This document shows, piece after piece, positions 9,681 through 18,882 of a DNA stretch of 64,000 nt. Source of the DNA: Promethearchaeia archaeon. Its GTDB lineage: Archaea; Asgardarchaeota; Lokiarchaeia; Sigyniarchaeales; SOKP01. The notes beneath the pieces are model-generated. The model had not been told where the DNA came from and made no database searches. It saw only the letters and a program-made list of their open reading frames with translations. Positions within the stretch are counted from its first letter, which is position 1. Each line of letters opens with the position of its first letter. The position numbers were made by a program, and so were the translations under genes. The stretch spans positions 14,463 through 78,462 of the forward strand of contig JAHQWH010000224.1 in the NCBI GenBank assembly GCA_029856105.1, in the 5' to 3' direction.

Positions 9681-10559
9681 TTAAAGAATTGCCCCAGCTA
9701 AAGTATGTTTACAAGCACAATCTCTTTCAGTGTCTATTTTTGGAATAGTTAATTCCAACATTTTTTTAAGATTGTCAGCATTTTTCTCCATCGTCTCTAA
9801 AATCTCATCGATACTTACTGCGAGTTTTTTTACTGGACCTCCACATATTGCACACTTATCTTGAATCTCAACAACTCCGCAATTTGAACATTCTCCCGCC
9901 CATACATCTAAGTCAGTAACCATTGCAATACAACAATAGCATAACTCTTTTTCAGCTGCAAGAACTACTTCTGGATATGTTGTCATTCCAATGACGTCTC
10001 CACCCCATTGTCTGAACATTTTCGATTCAGCTCTTGTTGAAAATCGAGGACCCTCGATACAAACATAGGTACCACCATTTTGTATTTCTAACCCATCAAT
10101 AGATTTTCCAGTTTCGTAAAATAAATTATTTAAATAAGAACAATAAGGGTCTGCTTGGCTAATGTGACATACTTGCCCGCCTTCATAAAAAGTGTCCAGT
10201 CTTTTTTTTGTTCTATCAATGTATTGATCTACCATTACAAATTTGCTCTTATCATGCTCCTTTTTTAGAGACCCAACTGCTGAAGGTGAAATTATAACTT
10301 TTACTCCCAATTCTTTTAAAGCCCAGAGATTAGCTCTAGAATTTACTTTGTGCGGAGGTATTGTATGTCCAGCTCCATGACGAGCTAAAAACGCTACTTT
10401 CTTTCCTTTAAATTCACCAACTTTAACAAAATCAGATGTATTTCCATATGGAGTATATAGCTTTATTTCCTCAATGTTATCTAGTTCAACATCTGAACCC
10501 GTTCCACCAATAATTGCTATTGAAGCGGATTTCGACTTTAAATCCTGTTTTGATTGCAT
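9681..10559 (-). CDS. mtnP: S-methyl-5'-thioadenosine phosphorylase, with an inserted CxxC-x9-CxxC segment
   Basis: IIGGTG, LARHG, EGPRFSTRAES, GMT..PE, VTDLD; ATG at 10559 (TTG at 10571 also possible). Confidence 0.93.
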   Translation of the reverse strand: MQSKQDLKSKSASIAIIGGTGSDVELDNIEEIKLYTPYGNTSDFVKVGEFKGKKVAFLARHGAGHTIPPHKVNSRANLWALKELGVKVIISPSAVGSLKKEHDKSKFVMVDQYIDRTKKRLDTFYEGGQVCHISQADPYCSYLNNLFYETGKSIDGLEIQNGGTYVCIEGPRFSTRAESKMFRQWGGDVIGMTTYPEVVLAAEKELCYCCIAMVTDLDVWAGECSNCGVVEIQDKCAICGGPVKKLAVSIDEILETMEKNADNLKKMLELTIPKIDTERDCACKHTLAGAIL

Positions 10560-10631
10560 AATAAAAACCAATTTTTACTTATAGAAGTATTAGTTATTTT
10601 AAGGAATTATTTTTATTGAATATTTCTAATA

Positions 10632-12638
10632 TTAAAAAAAATTTAGAAAATTTAGCAAATCTTCATATAAAGAAGTATTTTTTTTCATTCCCTTGATGTA
10701 AGGTCGATCTTTTGTATATTGTAAAAGAGCTGGAGACATTTTATTATATTCAAACCTATATCCTTCTTTATGTGTGAAGCCAATACAATGAATGTCGTAG
10801 TTCAAATTTTTATTAATATATGTTAAACACGAGTTTAATAAATTAGCATAACAAAAAAATTGAGGTATTGATTGAAGAATCTCTGATTTATTTTGTTTAT
10901 AATCGAAAATAAGAATACAATTATCTACAATTCCTAAAAAATCAATATGACCTGTTTGAAAAACGAGTTTTTCTTTCCCATTAATAATGTTTTTTCCTAA
11001 AAATTTCCACACCGGAACTTCAACAGCCACGATATAATCAAAACATTGTAAAAATTGACTTTGTATAGGATAATGATATGGAATCTGAGAATACTTTTCT
11101 ATATAAGATTGGTAAATTTTATCTGCATACAAAATGATTTTAGAGGATTTTTGTAATTTTGTTAAAACTTGTTTAGATATAAAATAGTGTTCTATTTCGT
11201 CTACATTCGCTCTAAACTGAGGTGTTCCGATTAGTTTTAAATTAGATGCACGAAGGTCAGGATCAATAAAAGCTTCGAAAGGATAATTAAAATTTTTAAT
11301 GCTTATTAAAAAAGATTTTATAACCTCTGCAATCTCTCCATTATCATGCAAATTTTCGAATCTATAATTAAAACTAATGGATTTAGCGGTTTTAACTAAC
11401 GATGGTTTTACATATAAATGATGTTTTTCTAATATATGTAGAATCTCATAATAATCATAATCACGAATCTCTGTGGTTTCACAAAGAATTATAGTTGAAA
11501 AGCGTTCATGTGTAAACATGTAAAATATTGTTTTTATATACTTATTAATGAGACTTTTTTGTGTTTCAGATAATTTATCAAGATCCAAAACAGGCATGAC
11601 TTCAATAATAATAGAATCTACGGTATAATTGTCTAATACCATTCTATTTAGCTCTTTTGCGATAATGAGGATTATGGAAGATTTAAAATCACTCCATTGG
11701 TTAGTTGGAATGCCTGTTAAACCTAATTTATTTTTAATATTTTTAAAAATTCCTATGGAAACATCATACTCTTCAGCAAGAGCTAAAGCTGACATATAAG
11801 GATTTGTCAGCATAAGAAAACGTGCTCTAATATAGGTTTCAGCAAGAATTCTCTGTGTTTTGGATAAATTGTCAAGATCCAAAATAGGCGTGACTTCAAT
11901 AACAATAGAATCTACGGTAAAATCGTCTAATTTTAAGGAAGTTAACTTAATTTCAATATCTTGAATGATAGCATCTCTAATAGGGGGAAAATCTTTAGTT
12001 CTAATACCTGTTAAATCCAAAGTATTCTTTATGATTTTGAAATTGTCTATAGAAATATTATATTCTTCAGCAAGAGCTAAAGCTGATATATTAGGATTTG
12101 CCAGCATAAGAAAACATGCTCTAATATAGGTTTCAGCAAGAATTCTCTGTGTTTTGGATAAATTGTCAAGATCTAAAATAGGCGTGACTTCAATAACAAT
12201 AGAATCTACGGTAAAATCGTCTAAATTCAAGATTGTTAAATTATTTTCGATGTCCAGAATAATAGCATCTCTAATAAGGGGAAATTCTTCAGAAGGTATT
12301 CCCGTTAAATTTAAAGCGCTTCTAACCTTTTTAAAAACCGATCTGGGAATATTATATTTTTCAACTAGACCTCTAACAGACGTACTGCTTTCTGTAATTA
12401 AATAAAATGTCGCTTGAATGTATGTAATAACATACTCTCTTTGGGTTTTAGACAATCTATTCAGATTTAAATCTGACAAGACTTTTTTAATTATACTATT
12501 GCTCGTAAAAATTTTCAAATCTAAATTATTCATTTTATTGTATAGATCACGAATAACATCGTCCCTAAAAATTGTCCATTCTGTATTTGATATAAATACA
12601 TTTTTATCATTATTTTTTAACATATTGAAACTACCCAT
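10632..12638 (-). CDS. Tandem HTH-like repeat protein with C-terminal PD-(D/E)XK (RecB/Cas4-like) nuclease domain
   Basis: Four 98-aa repeats followed by VAVEVPVW...TGHIDFL...IFDYK...QFFCY (RecB-family E..D..D-x-K..QxxxY). Confidence 0.8.
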   Translation of the reverse strand: MGSFNMLKNNDKNVFISNTEWTIFRDDVIRDLYNKMNNLDLKIFTSNSIIKKVLSDLNLNRLSKTQREYVITYIQATFYLITESSTSVRGLVEKYNIPRSVFKKVRSALNLTGIPSEEFPLIRDAIILDIENNLTILNLDDFTVDSIVIEVTPILDLDNLSKTQRILAETYIRACFLMLANPNISALALAEEYNISIDNFKIIKNTLDLTGIRTKDFPPIRDAIIQDIEIKLTSLKLDDFTVDSIVIEVTPILDLDNLSKTQRILAETYIRARFLMLTNPYMSALALAEEYDVSIGIFKNIKNKLGLTGIPTNQWSDFKSSIILIIAKELNRMVLDNYTVDSIIIEVMPVLDLDKLSETQKSLINKYIKTIFYMFTHERFSTIILCETTEIRDYDYYEILHILEKHHLYVKPSLVKTAKSISFNYRFENLHDNGEIAEVIKSFLISIKNFNYPFEAFIDPDLRASNLKLIGTPQFRANVDEIEHYFISKQVLTKLQKSSKIILYADKIYQSYIEKYSQIPYHYPIQSQFLQCFDYIVAVEVPVWKFLGKNIINGKEKLVFQTGHIDFLGIVDNCILIFDYKQNKSEILQSIPQFFCYANLLNSCLTYINKNLNYDIHCIGFTHKEGYRFEYNKMSPALLQYTKDRPYIKGMKKNTSLYEDLLNFLNFF
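11412..12587 (-). repeat. Four intragenic 294-bp (98-aa) tandem repeats
   Basis: ggc(g/a)tgacttcaataa recurs at 11593, 11887 and 12181 (exact 294-bp period); repeats 2 and 3 are near-identical over about 170 bp. Confidence 0.93.
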
Positions 12639-12829
12639 TTTATTAATTTTTTTTCGAATCGAATTTTAAAAATTTATAGCAAAATTTTGAGGGATTTCTC
12701 ACTTAATAGTTAGAACCAAACTTAATTAAATCATATAGAGTTAAGATTTATCTTGAAAGAAATTATAAAAAGTAATATTAGGGATCAGAATTAAATTTAA
12801 TTCCTTATTATTTTTCTCCAAAATATAAA

Positions 12830-14287
12830 TTACATATAAAATCTATACTGTTTAGGTAAATTTTGAATTTTTCTTGCTCTTGCTTCTGCTAAAATTATTC
12901 CAACTCTATGAGATACTTTTAATGTGATTGGAAATTTACTACAAAATTCAGCATTATTCCAGTCCAATTTAGAAAAAGCCATAATTTCAGTTAATAATTG
13001 TTCATAAGTCGAATCACAGTCATGCAATTTGACGTAAAGGGGCGTAGGTACTTGGGAGCCAGGGTATGTGTTTAAAGCTGGGATAAAACCAGAAGTATAA
13101 AGAAAATGTTCATTGTTCGAAACTGATATTACCGTTCCTCTTACAACAGGATACTGATCATCAGTATAGAATCTAACACCTTTTCTTAATATACAAATAA
13201 AATTCTTATCTGAAATAGTTTTTGCACCTTCATTAAATCCCTTTAATTCTTCTTTATTAAATTCAGTGGATTTATGTATCACTATTCTCTGAGGTTCTTG
13301 CCCCATGTGGTTCTTATACTCATTCACGATTTCCATCATCAATGCAGAAGCATGATCTTCATCGAGATGAGGATTTCGATCTTGATTATAATCCCATGGA
13401 AATGGTTGTCCACGTAAAACATAACTCTGTCCTGTATGTAAAAATATCTGTGCCATACTTACACCCATCTCTCCCCCTTGTTCAATATTATCTGGATAAA
13501 ACCCTACTCCTGCATAACATGTTCCTGGGTATAAATCAATTACTTTCCAAGGGATTCCTGTAGCTTTATAATAGAGCCCGACTGAAAAATTCCAAGCAAC
13601 CATCGATGGATCTTGCGTTTCGCCTTCTTCTTGAGTCCAAGTTCTTTCGGTGACTAATTGAGTTGGTTTTTGGTATTTTAAACCAATGGTTTTGATTATA
13701 TTATGAAAGTCTAGATCTCCACCACTCATTTGAGCAGCTAGAATGGATTTATCGCTGAAAGTTCTTTTAGCAAATTTCACAATATGTGTTTTCATACGTT
13801 GTTTTTGAAAATGACCTAATTCCTCATTCATTACTGCTAGTAGTATGATATGAGGAGGTGGTTCTCTAACAATCATAGCATCCATTTTTTTTTCAAAAAG
13901 ATTAATGTATTCTTGTCCTTTTTCAACTCGGGAAAGTTTTTGAAGACAAGCATCAAATTCTTTTTTAGTAATAATATCTTCCCAAGTTTTTGATAGAGAA
14001 ATTTTACAATTAATTTTTGAAATTTGAGAAAGACCAGGAAAAAGGGTTAAATAATCCTTATCTTTATCAATTGGATAAATCTTATTTGAGAGATTGTAAA
14101 GAAAAGGTTTAATTCCATTGATAGAATTAACAGTTCCAATAAGTCCCACTCGGATGGGTAAGTATTCTGCTTCTTTATTAATATCTGGTCCACAAGGGCC
14201 GTATTTTATTAGTCCAATACATGGATTAACATCTCTACGCCCCCTCGAAAATATTAATTCTGGTTCACTGATTCTCCATACTCTCAT
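12830..14287 (-). CDS. ago: Short prokaryotic Argonaute (MID-PIWI, catalytically inactive)
   Basis: N-terminal EPELIF...GLIKYGP; MID DFHNIIK...PTQLV...WNFSVGLYYKATGIPW; PIWI CYAGVGFY, VIHKST, PVVRGT, SKLDWN, PITL, C-terminal RFYM; DEDX aspartates are replaced. Confidence 0.93.
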   Translation of the reverse strand: MRVWRISEPELIFSRGRRDVNPCIGLIKYGPCGPDINKEAEYLPIRVGLIGTVNSINGIKPFLYNLSNKIYPIDKDKDYLTLFPGLSQISKINCKISLSKTWEDIITKKEFDACLQKLSRVEKGQEYINLFEKKMDAMIVREPPPHIILLAVMNEELGHFQKQRMKTHIVKFAKRTFSDKSILAAQMSGGDLDFHNIIKTIGLKYQKPTQLVTERTWTQEEGETQDPSMVAWNFSVGLYYKATGIPWKVIDLYPGTCYAGVGFYPDNIEQGGEMGVSMAQIFLHTGQSYVLRGQPFPWDYNQDRNPHLDEDHASALMMEIVNEYKNHMGQEPQRIVIHKSTEFNKEELKGFNEGAKTISDKNFICILRKGVRFYTDDQYPVVRGTVISVSNNEHFLYTSGFIPALNTYPGSQVPTPLYVKLHDCDSTYEQLLTEIMAFSKLDWNNAEFCSKFPITLKVSHRVGIILAEARARKIQNLPKQYRFYM

Positions 14288-15693
14288 CCTGATACCTTCT
14301 TATGTATTTTAAGTAAATAATTTTCTTGTAATTCATATTTTTCAACTTCCTTTTTAATAGTTGGTCGATAATTCAACTCAAAGAGTAATGGTTTCCCCAT
14401 GCGTATTAATTCTAAATGCTCTTGAACCCTTTTGGGGTTATATTGTATAGTTTTAAAATACTCTGACAAAGGTTTTATAAATAAATACCAATACCAGAAG
14501 GTGAAAAATCGGGATTGACCTCTATTAAAATTACTTTTAGAACTTCTCATTTCTTCATGATGTTTCTTAATTTCCTCAGATGAGCAAAAATTATAACCGT
14601 TAGTGGTGAAAATCCATGTAGGAATTAATGATAAATATATTCGATTCTCAAGATAAATTGGTTTTATCTTTACAGCAAGATGCTGGAAATTAAAGACATC
14701 TCCCGTGGTTTTTGAGGTGTAAGCTTTTAGACATGTTAAACCTTTAGAACCAGATACCCATCTCTCTCTAATTCTGTCCCAATCTTTTTTACTTGTATCT
14801 TTTTTTGGGAAAACTCGCGGTCTAAATTTATAGTAAACAGTTTTGGATTTTAGGATATAACTTAGATGCTTTTTTCTTAAAAAACATAATTCCTTGATCC
14901 ACTTATTTATTAACTCAAATATGTAGCGCCGAGTAGATTCTTTAGATAACCAGTCATGAAGATCTACTAATTTGAGAGTATCAAAATCAATTATATCTCC
15001 AAGCTGTTCTAATTTTTCTACCTTACTAATTGTAATAAATTTTTCTTCCTTTAGAATAAAGGGTGGTAAAATCACTTTTTTCTTTTTAGCTTCCTCAAAT
15101 ATATTATAATAAGTTCTAAATTCCGTATCAGCTATGCAAAATAATTCTTTAGGGATTTGAACGGGAATTAGATTAGCAAATAAATAACCTAATTGCTTAA
15201 CAGGCTCAGTTTCAATTCCTTCTATCCGATTTAGCTCTAACTCATATCGGTTTTTATTAACTACCTTATATCTTTTTTCTCTCAATTTTTTTAGAATTTC
15301 TGGAGAGTATTTATCCCGTGTAAGATCCGAGTGTGTATGAACTTGGTCATGATGATTTAAGCATAGTAAAATAAGATTATCAAACTCATTATTTTGTGAT
15401 ACTTCATAGGGATCTATGTGATGGATTATGACAGGTAATTTGTTTCCAAATTTACATAAAACACATTCAAATTCGCTTTTATTCAATAGTTTGTAGAAAT
15501 CCTTGTTTGGAATTCGTTTTCTCTTTATTTTTTCTTTCCATTCTTTGACCTTGTTCTCTGAAAAGATTTTTAGTAATTCTTTAATAGAAGTTGTTCTTAT
15601 TTTGGTTAAATTATAATCTCGATTAAGAATCTCCTCAGCATGCTCTTGAGAAATCCCATATTGCATTAATTTAGCTTTTCTTTTTAGAATCAA
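14284..15693 (-). CDS. HNH-APAZ effector partner of short pAgo (SPARHA-like)
   Basis: HNH: CVLC...IIHHIDP...NEFDNLILLCLNHHDQVH; APAZ-like: FANLIPV, QHLAVKIK...IYLSLIPTWIFTTNG...N...FWYWYL; ATGA overlap with ago. Confidence 0.88.
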   Translation of the reverse strand: MILKRKAKLMQYGISQEHAEEILNRDYNLTKIRTTSIKELLKIFSENKVKEWKEKIKRKRIPNKDFYKLLNKSEFECVLCKFGNKLPVIIHHIDPYEVSQNNEFDNLILLCLNHHDQVHTHSDLTRDKYSPEILKKLREKRYKVVNKNRYELELNRIEGIETEPVKQLGYLFANLIPVQIPKELFCIADTEFRTYYNIFEEAKKKKVILPPFILKEEKFITISKVEKLEQLGDIIDFDTLKLVDLHDWLSKESTRRYIFELINKWIKELCFLRKKHLSYILKSKTVYYKFRPRVFPKKDTSKKDWDRIRERWVSGSKGLTCLKAYTSKTTGDVFNFQHLAVKIKPIYLENRIYLSLIPTWIFTTNGYNFCSSEEIKKHHEEMRSSKSNFNRGQSRFFTFWYWYLFIKPLSEYFKTIQYNPKRVQEHLELIRMGKPLLFELNYRPTIKKEVEKYELQENYLLKIHKKVSG

Positions 15694-15885
15694 TTTTTAC
15701 AACCCTTAATAGCTTATTTTGATGTCCTTATCTTTAACAAAAAAGTAAGAACTTCAAAGTCTAATTATTAAAGGTTTATTTAAAAATTAGTGGAGTTTAA
15801 AAAATTAGAAATTTCTTGTTTTTAGATTTATATATATACTTTATAATAGTATTTTTTTAACCTAAGTAATTTAATATTAATTTTT

Positions 15886-18879
15886 TTATTTAAACTTATT
15901 AAACATTATTTTTGGGAGTTTTTCAAAAATTACCTCAATATCATCAAACCAGTAATTTAAATATTCATTAATACGTGATTTCAATTTTGTAGTATCATCA
16001 GTTCTTAGTAATAATTTGAAATATACTTCATATCCTTTATATGTAAACTTCCTTTCAACATTTTTGATTTCAAATAAGTTTTTAAAACCTATTACTTTAT
16101 CTGTCCAAGCTAAGTGTTCAGTACCTTTAGGATCAATAAATAATATGGTATAATAATTATCTTTTTTCAACCAAAAAATGAAATCTGGAAAAAAATTCCT
16201 TTTTTTATTAGAATCATAGTATGGAATAAAAATTCTATCTATACTTTCATCTATTTTACTAAAAAACCACCAATCAAATTCTTTAAATTTATTATCTTCT
16301 TCTGCTAAATACTCTTCTAAAGCATTGACAAATTTAACTTCGCTTTCTACTTTAATAATATGTTTGATAAAATCGATATCTTTATCCATTGTCTTTAAGA
16401 TAGGGTTATAATAATGGTTCTTGTTACTAACTAAATTAAACTTCTTTCTATTTATCGTGAATTCTTCCAAATCATGAAATCGTCTTACTTTCTCTTCATA
16501 TTCTTCCCTTGAAATTTTTCCATATAAATCGTCTAACTCTTTCTTTTTCAAATTCAAATCTTTTGCAAGCTCAAGTATAGCTTCAAAATCTTCGAAATAT
16601 TCCGCTTTAACACAAATCTTTTTATAATGTCCTATTTCTTCGGTTAATTCTTTTAACTCTATGTCTTTAATTAATGTAAGATCAAAAAAATTGAATAAAT
16701 TTTGTATTTGAATATTCATATTAATATAATTATCAATATTTAGAGAGAAATTTCTTTTATTCACTATGAATTCTCTTACTTTTTTTATTTTTTCAGGAGA
16801 TGTATTAAAATTCATAAGAATTATCCTATCATCCTCTATATAATTGAAATAACGAATTATTTCTTCATAATTTTTTATAGCAATTTTGTATTTAGGGATA
16901 TTCTTATTTCGTAGAACTGGTTCATCGGAATAAATGGGCTTTGGGATGAGAAGAGGGATATCTTTTATCGAGGGGTTCTTCTTAAAAGAGGAGAGAATAA
17001 GGTCTATACTTTTTTTTCTTAAATCATCCAATTGTTGGAGGATAGTTGTAATTACTTCCCTGTTCGTAGCATATATAAAAAGCGTTTCTAAGGGTATTAT
17101 GTTTTTCTTTAGTTTATTGTAATTTTTTTCGGATAATTCTTCATTTGGGATAATTCCCGCGTTAAATAAATGGTTTAATCGTTTTCTTCTATTTTTAATG
17201 GGTTCAATACGTACTCCACGTCCAACTGATTGAAGAATGAATTTTTTTGAATCTTTTTTCAGTCCAATATTAATAAAATTAATTATATTTGGTCTATTAG
17301 AGTCCCATCCTTCATAAAATGATTGCGCGCCTATTAAAATATTAGTACTTGAGTATTCCTTGTTTAATTCTTCAAAAAATGTATCTTCCTCGAACTTCTC
17401 TTGAATATCATAACCATATAATTCAGATTTAATCCACTTTGAGATATCTCCGATCTTAAGAAGTGCGAAGGGTTTATTGCTTGTTTTCAATTTAAAAGCT
17501 AATTCTTGTTTATTTGAAATCCTTCTGATTATCTCAATATCTCCAAGACTATTTGAATTATAGACGGATCTTAAAATATCTTTTTGTGTAATATTTCTGA
17601 AGTCAGCCACCTCATATTCAAATTTTGCTTTCGGCTCAAATGTATACTTGAGATCTTCGTTGAGATCTTTTATAAGACCATCCAAGGCAGATTTAAATAA
17701 ACCTTTTTTTATTTGTTTTTTACCAATTTTATGTAGGACTCTAAAAAAAAGTTTTAAATCAGCATTGTTAGTATTTACCGTTTTTCCTAAAACTAAATAC
17801 AAGGGTTTATGGTATAAGTTTTTTTGAATCTTTAAAACTTCTTGATATTTTTTTTTTGTATAGGTGAGCAGAATAAGAGATTTCAAAATATTTTCTACTT
17901 TTTCAATATCATTAAAGTCTTCTTTTTCTCTAAAACCTGCAATATCTTCGTGAAGAACTTTAAGATGCTTCCCAAATCCATTATTAGTAAATGTTGCTAG
18001 ATTATATTCATAAACACAAGTTAAAATATCTCTAATATCAATAAAGGTCGCTGAAAAATTAAACAGAAAACCATTTCTTGAGATTAAAGAAAAGATATAT
18101 TGCCGTTTCGATTCTTCTTTATCTCCTTTATGTGCTTCATCTAAAAAAACATAACATTCTCCATTATAAAAATAATTTCTAAAATCTATAATCCTTTCTT
18201 TTTGAATATCGCTTAGATTATCTGAACGGTAATAATATACAATTATATCTCCTTCTCTTAACAGGTGCCTTTGTTTCTTTATTTCGGGTAATTCTCTTAA
18301 GTCCTTTAATATAATATTGGAGTAATTATTATATTTATTAAATTCTTCCACCAAAACTTTAAATTGATTTATTAGGTTATCTTTATGCGTTAAAAATAAT
18401 ATATCAATATCTGGAATTTCTCCTCGGTCAATTAGAATTTTTAGGATATCAATCATTTTTACTATTATCAGAGATTTTCCACTTCCTGTAGCCATCCAAA
18501 AGCTCATTCGATTTATAAACTCCTTATAGCTTAATTTATCTTCTACATCTGGATAGACCTCACCGAGAATTAGCTTTATATCTTCCCTAATTTTCTGAAA
18601 ATCAATATCGATATCAGTATCTAAACCATTTTCTTCATAAGCTTGAATTATTTTTAATTTTCTCGCATCATTTATATTTAAATGCTCATCTTTAGTAAAA
18701 TCAGTCAGATTTTGATAATATTTCCATAAAGCTTTAATAGCGTTCTTAACAGCATTTCGTTGATAAGGAAATAATATTTTATCCTTTGAAAAATTTAAAA
18801 AATTAAAATTTCTCCAATTCTCTTCCAAGAGGTCGAAGTTTATATCATCTATTATGTGCTGAAGTAGAATTTCAGTTAT
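15886..18879 (-). CDS. res: Type III restriction enzyme Res subunit (SF2 helicase + PD-(D/E)XK); start extended to ATA at 18879
   Basis: MATGSGKS, LDEAH, FSATF, EGWD, QSVGRGVR, FFPDFIFW...FIDPKG. Confidence 0.92.
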   Translation of the reverse strand: MTEILLQHIIDDINFDLLEENWRNFNFLNFSKDKILFPYQRNAVKNAIKALWKYYQNLTDFTKDEHLNINDARKLKIIQAYEENGLDTDIDIDFQKIREDIKLILGEVYPDVEDKLSYKEFINRMSFWMATGSGKSLIIVKMIDILKILIDRGEIPDIDILFLTHKDNLINQFKVLVEEFNKYNNYSNIILKDLRELPEIKKQRHLLREGDIIVYYYRSDNLSDIQKERIIDFRNYFYNGECYVFLDEAHKGDKEESKRQYIFSLISRNGFLFNFSATFIDIRDILTCVYEYNLATFTNNGFGKHLKVLHEDIAGFREKEDFNDIEKVENILKSLILLTYTKKKYQEVLKIQKNLYHKPLYLVLGKTVNTNNADLKLFFRVLHKIGKKQIKKGLFKSALDGLIKDLNEDLKYTFEPKAKFEYEVADFRNITQKDILRSVYNSNSLGDIEIIRRISNKQELAFKLKTSNKPFALLKIGDISKWIKSELYGYDIQEKFEEDTFFEELNKEYSSTNILIGAQSFYEGWDSNRPNIINFINIGLKKDSKKFILQSVGRGVRIEPIKNRRKRLNHLFNAGIIPNEELSEKNYNKLKKNIIPLETLFIYATNREVITTILQQLDDLRKKSIDLILSSFKKNPSIKDIPLLIPKPIYSDEPVLRNKNIPKYKIAIKNYEEIIRYFNYIEDDRIILMNFNTSPEKIKKVREFIVNKRNFSLNIDNYINMNIQIQNLFNFFDLTLIKDIELKELTEEIGHYKKICVKAEYFEDFEAILELAKDLNLKKKELDDLYGKISREEYEEKVRRFHDLEEFTINRKKFNLVSNKNHYYNPILKTMDKDIDFIKHIIKVESEVKFVNALEEYLAEEDNKFKEFDWWFFSKIDESIDRIFIPYYDSNKKRNFFPDFIFWLKKDNYYTILFIDPKGTEHLAWTDKVIGFKNLFEIKNVERKFTYKGYEVYFKLLLRTDDTTKLKSRINEYLNYWFDDIEVIFEKLPKIMFNKFK

Positions 18880-18882
18880 TTA

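Noticed and set aside
11412-12587. Long repeats as a CRISPR array or as diversity-generating retroelement TR/VR
   Set aside because: The repeats are in-frame 294-bp coding units with no spacers; differences are not confined to adenines; no cas genes or reverse transcriptase are present
12830-14287. Eukaryote-like long, slicer-active Asgard Argonaute
   Set aside because: Only 485 aa, no N/PAZ domains, catalytic tetrad absent, and paired with an APAZ protein
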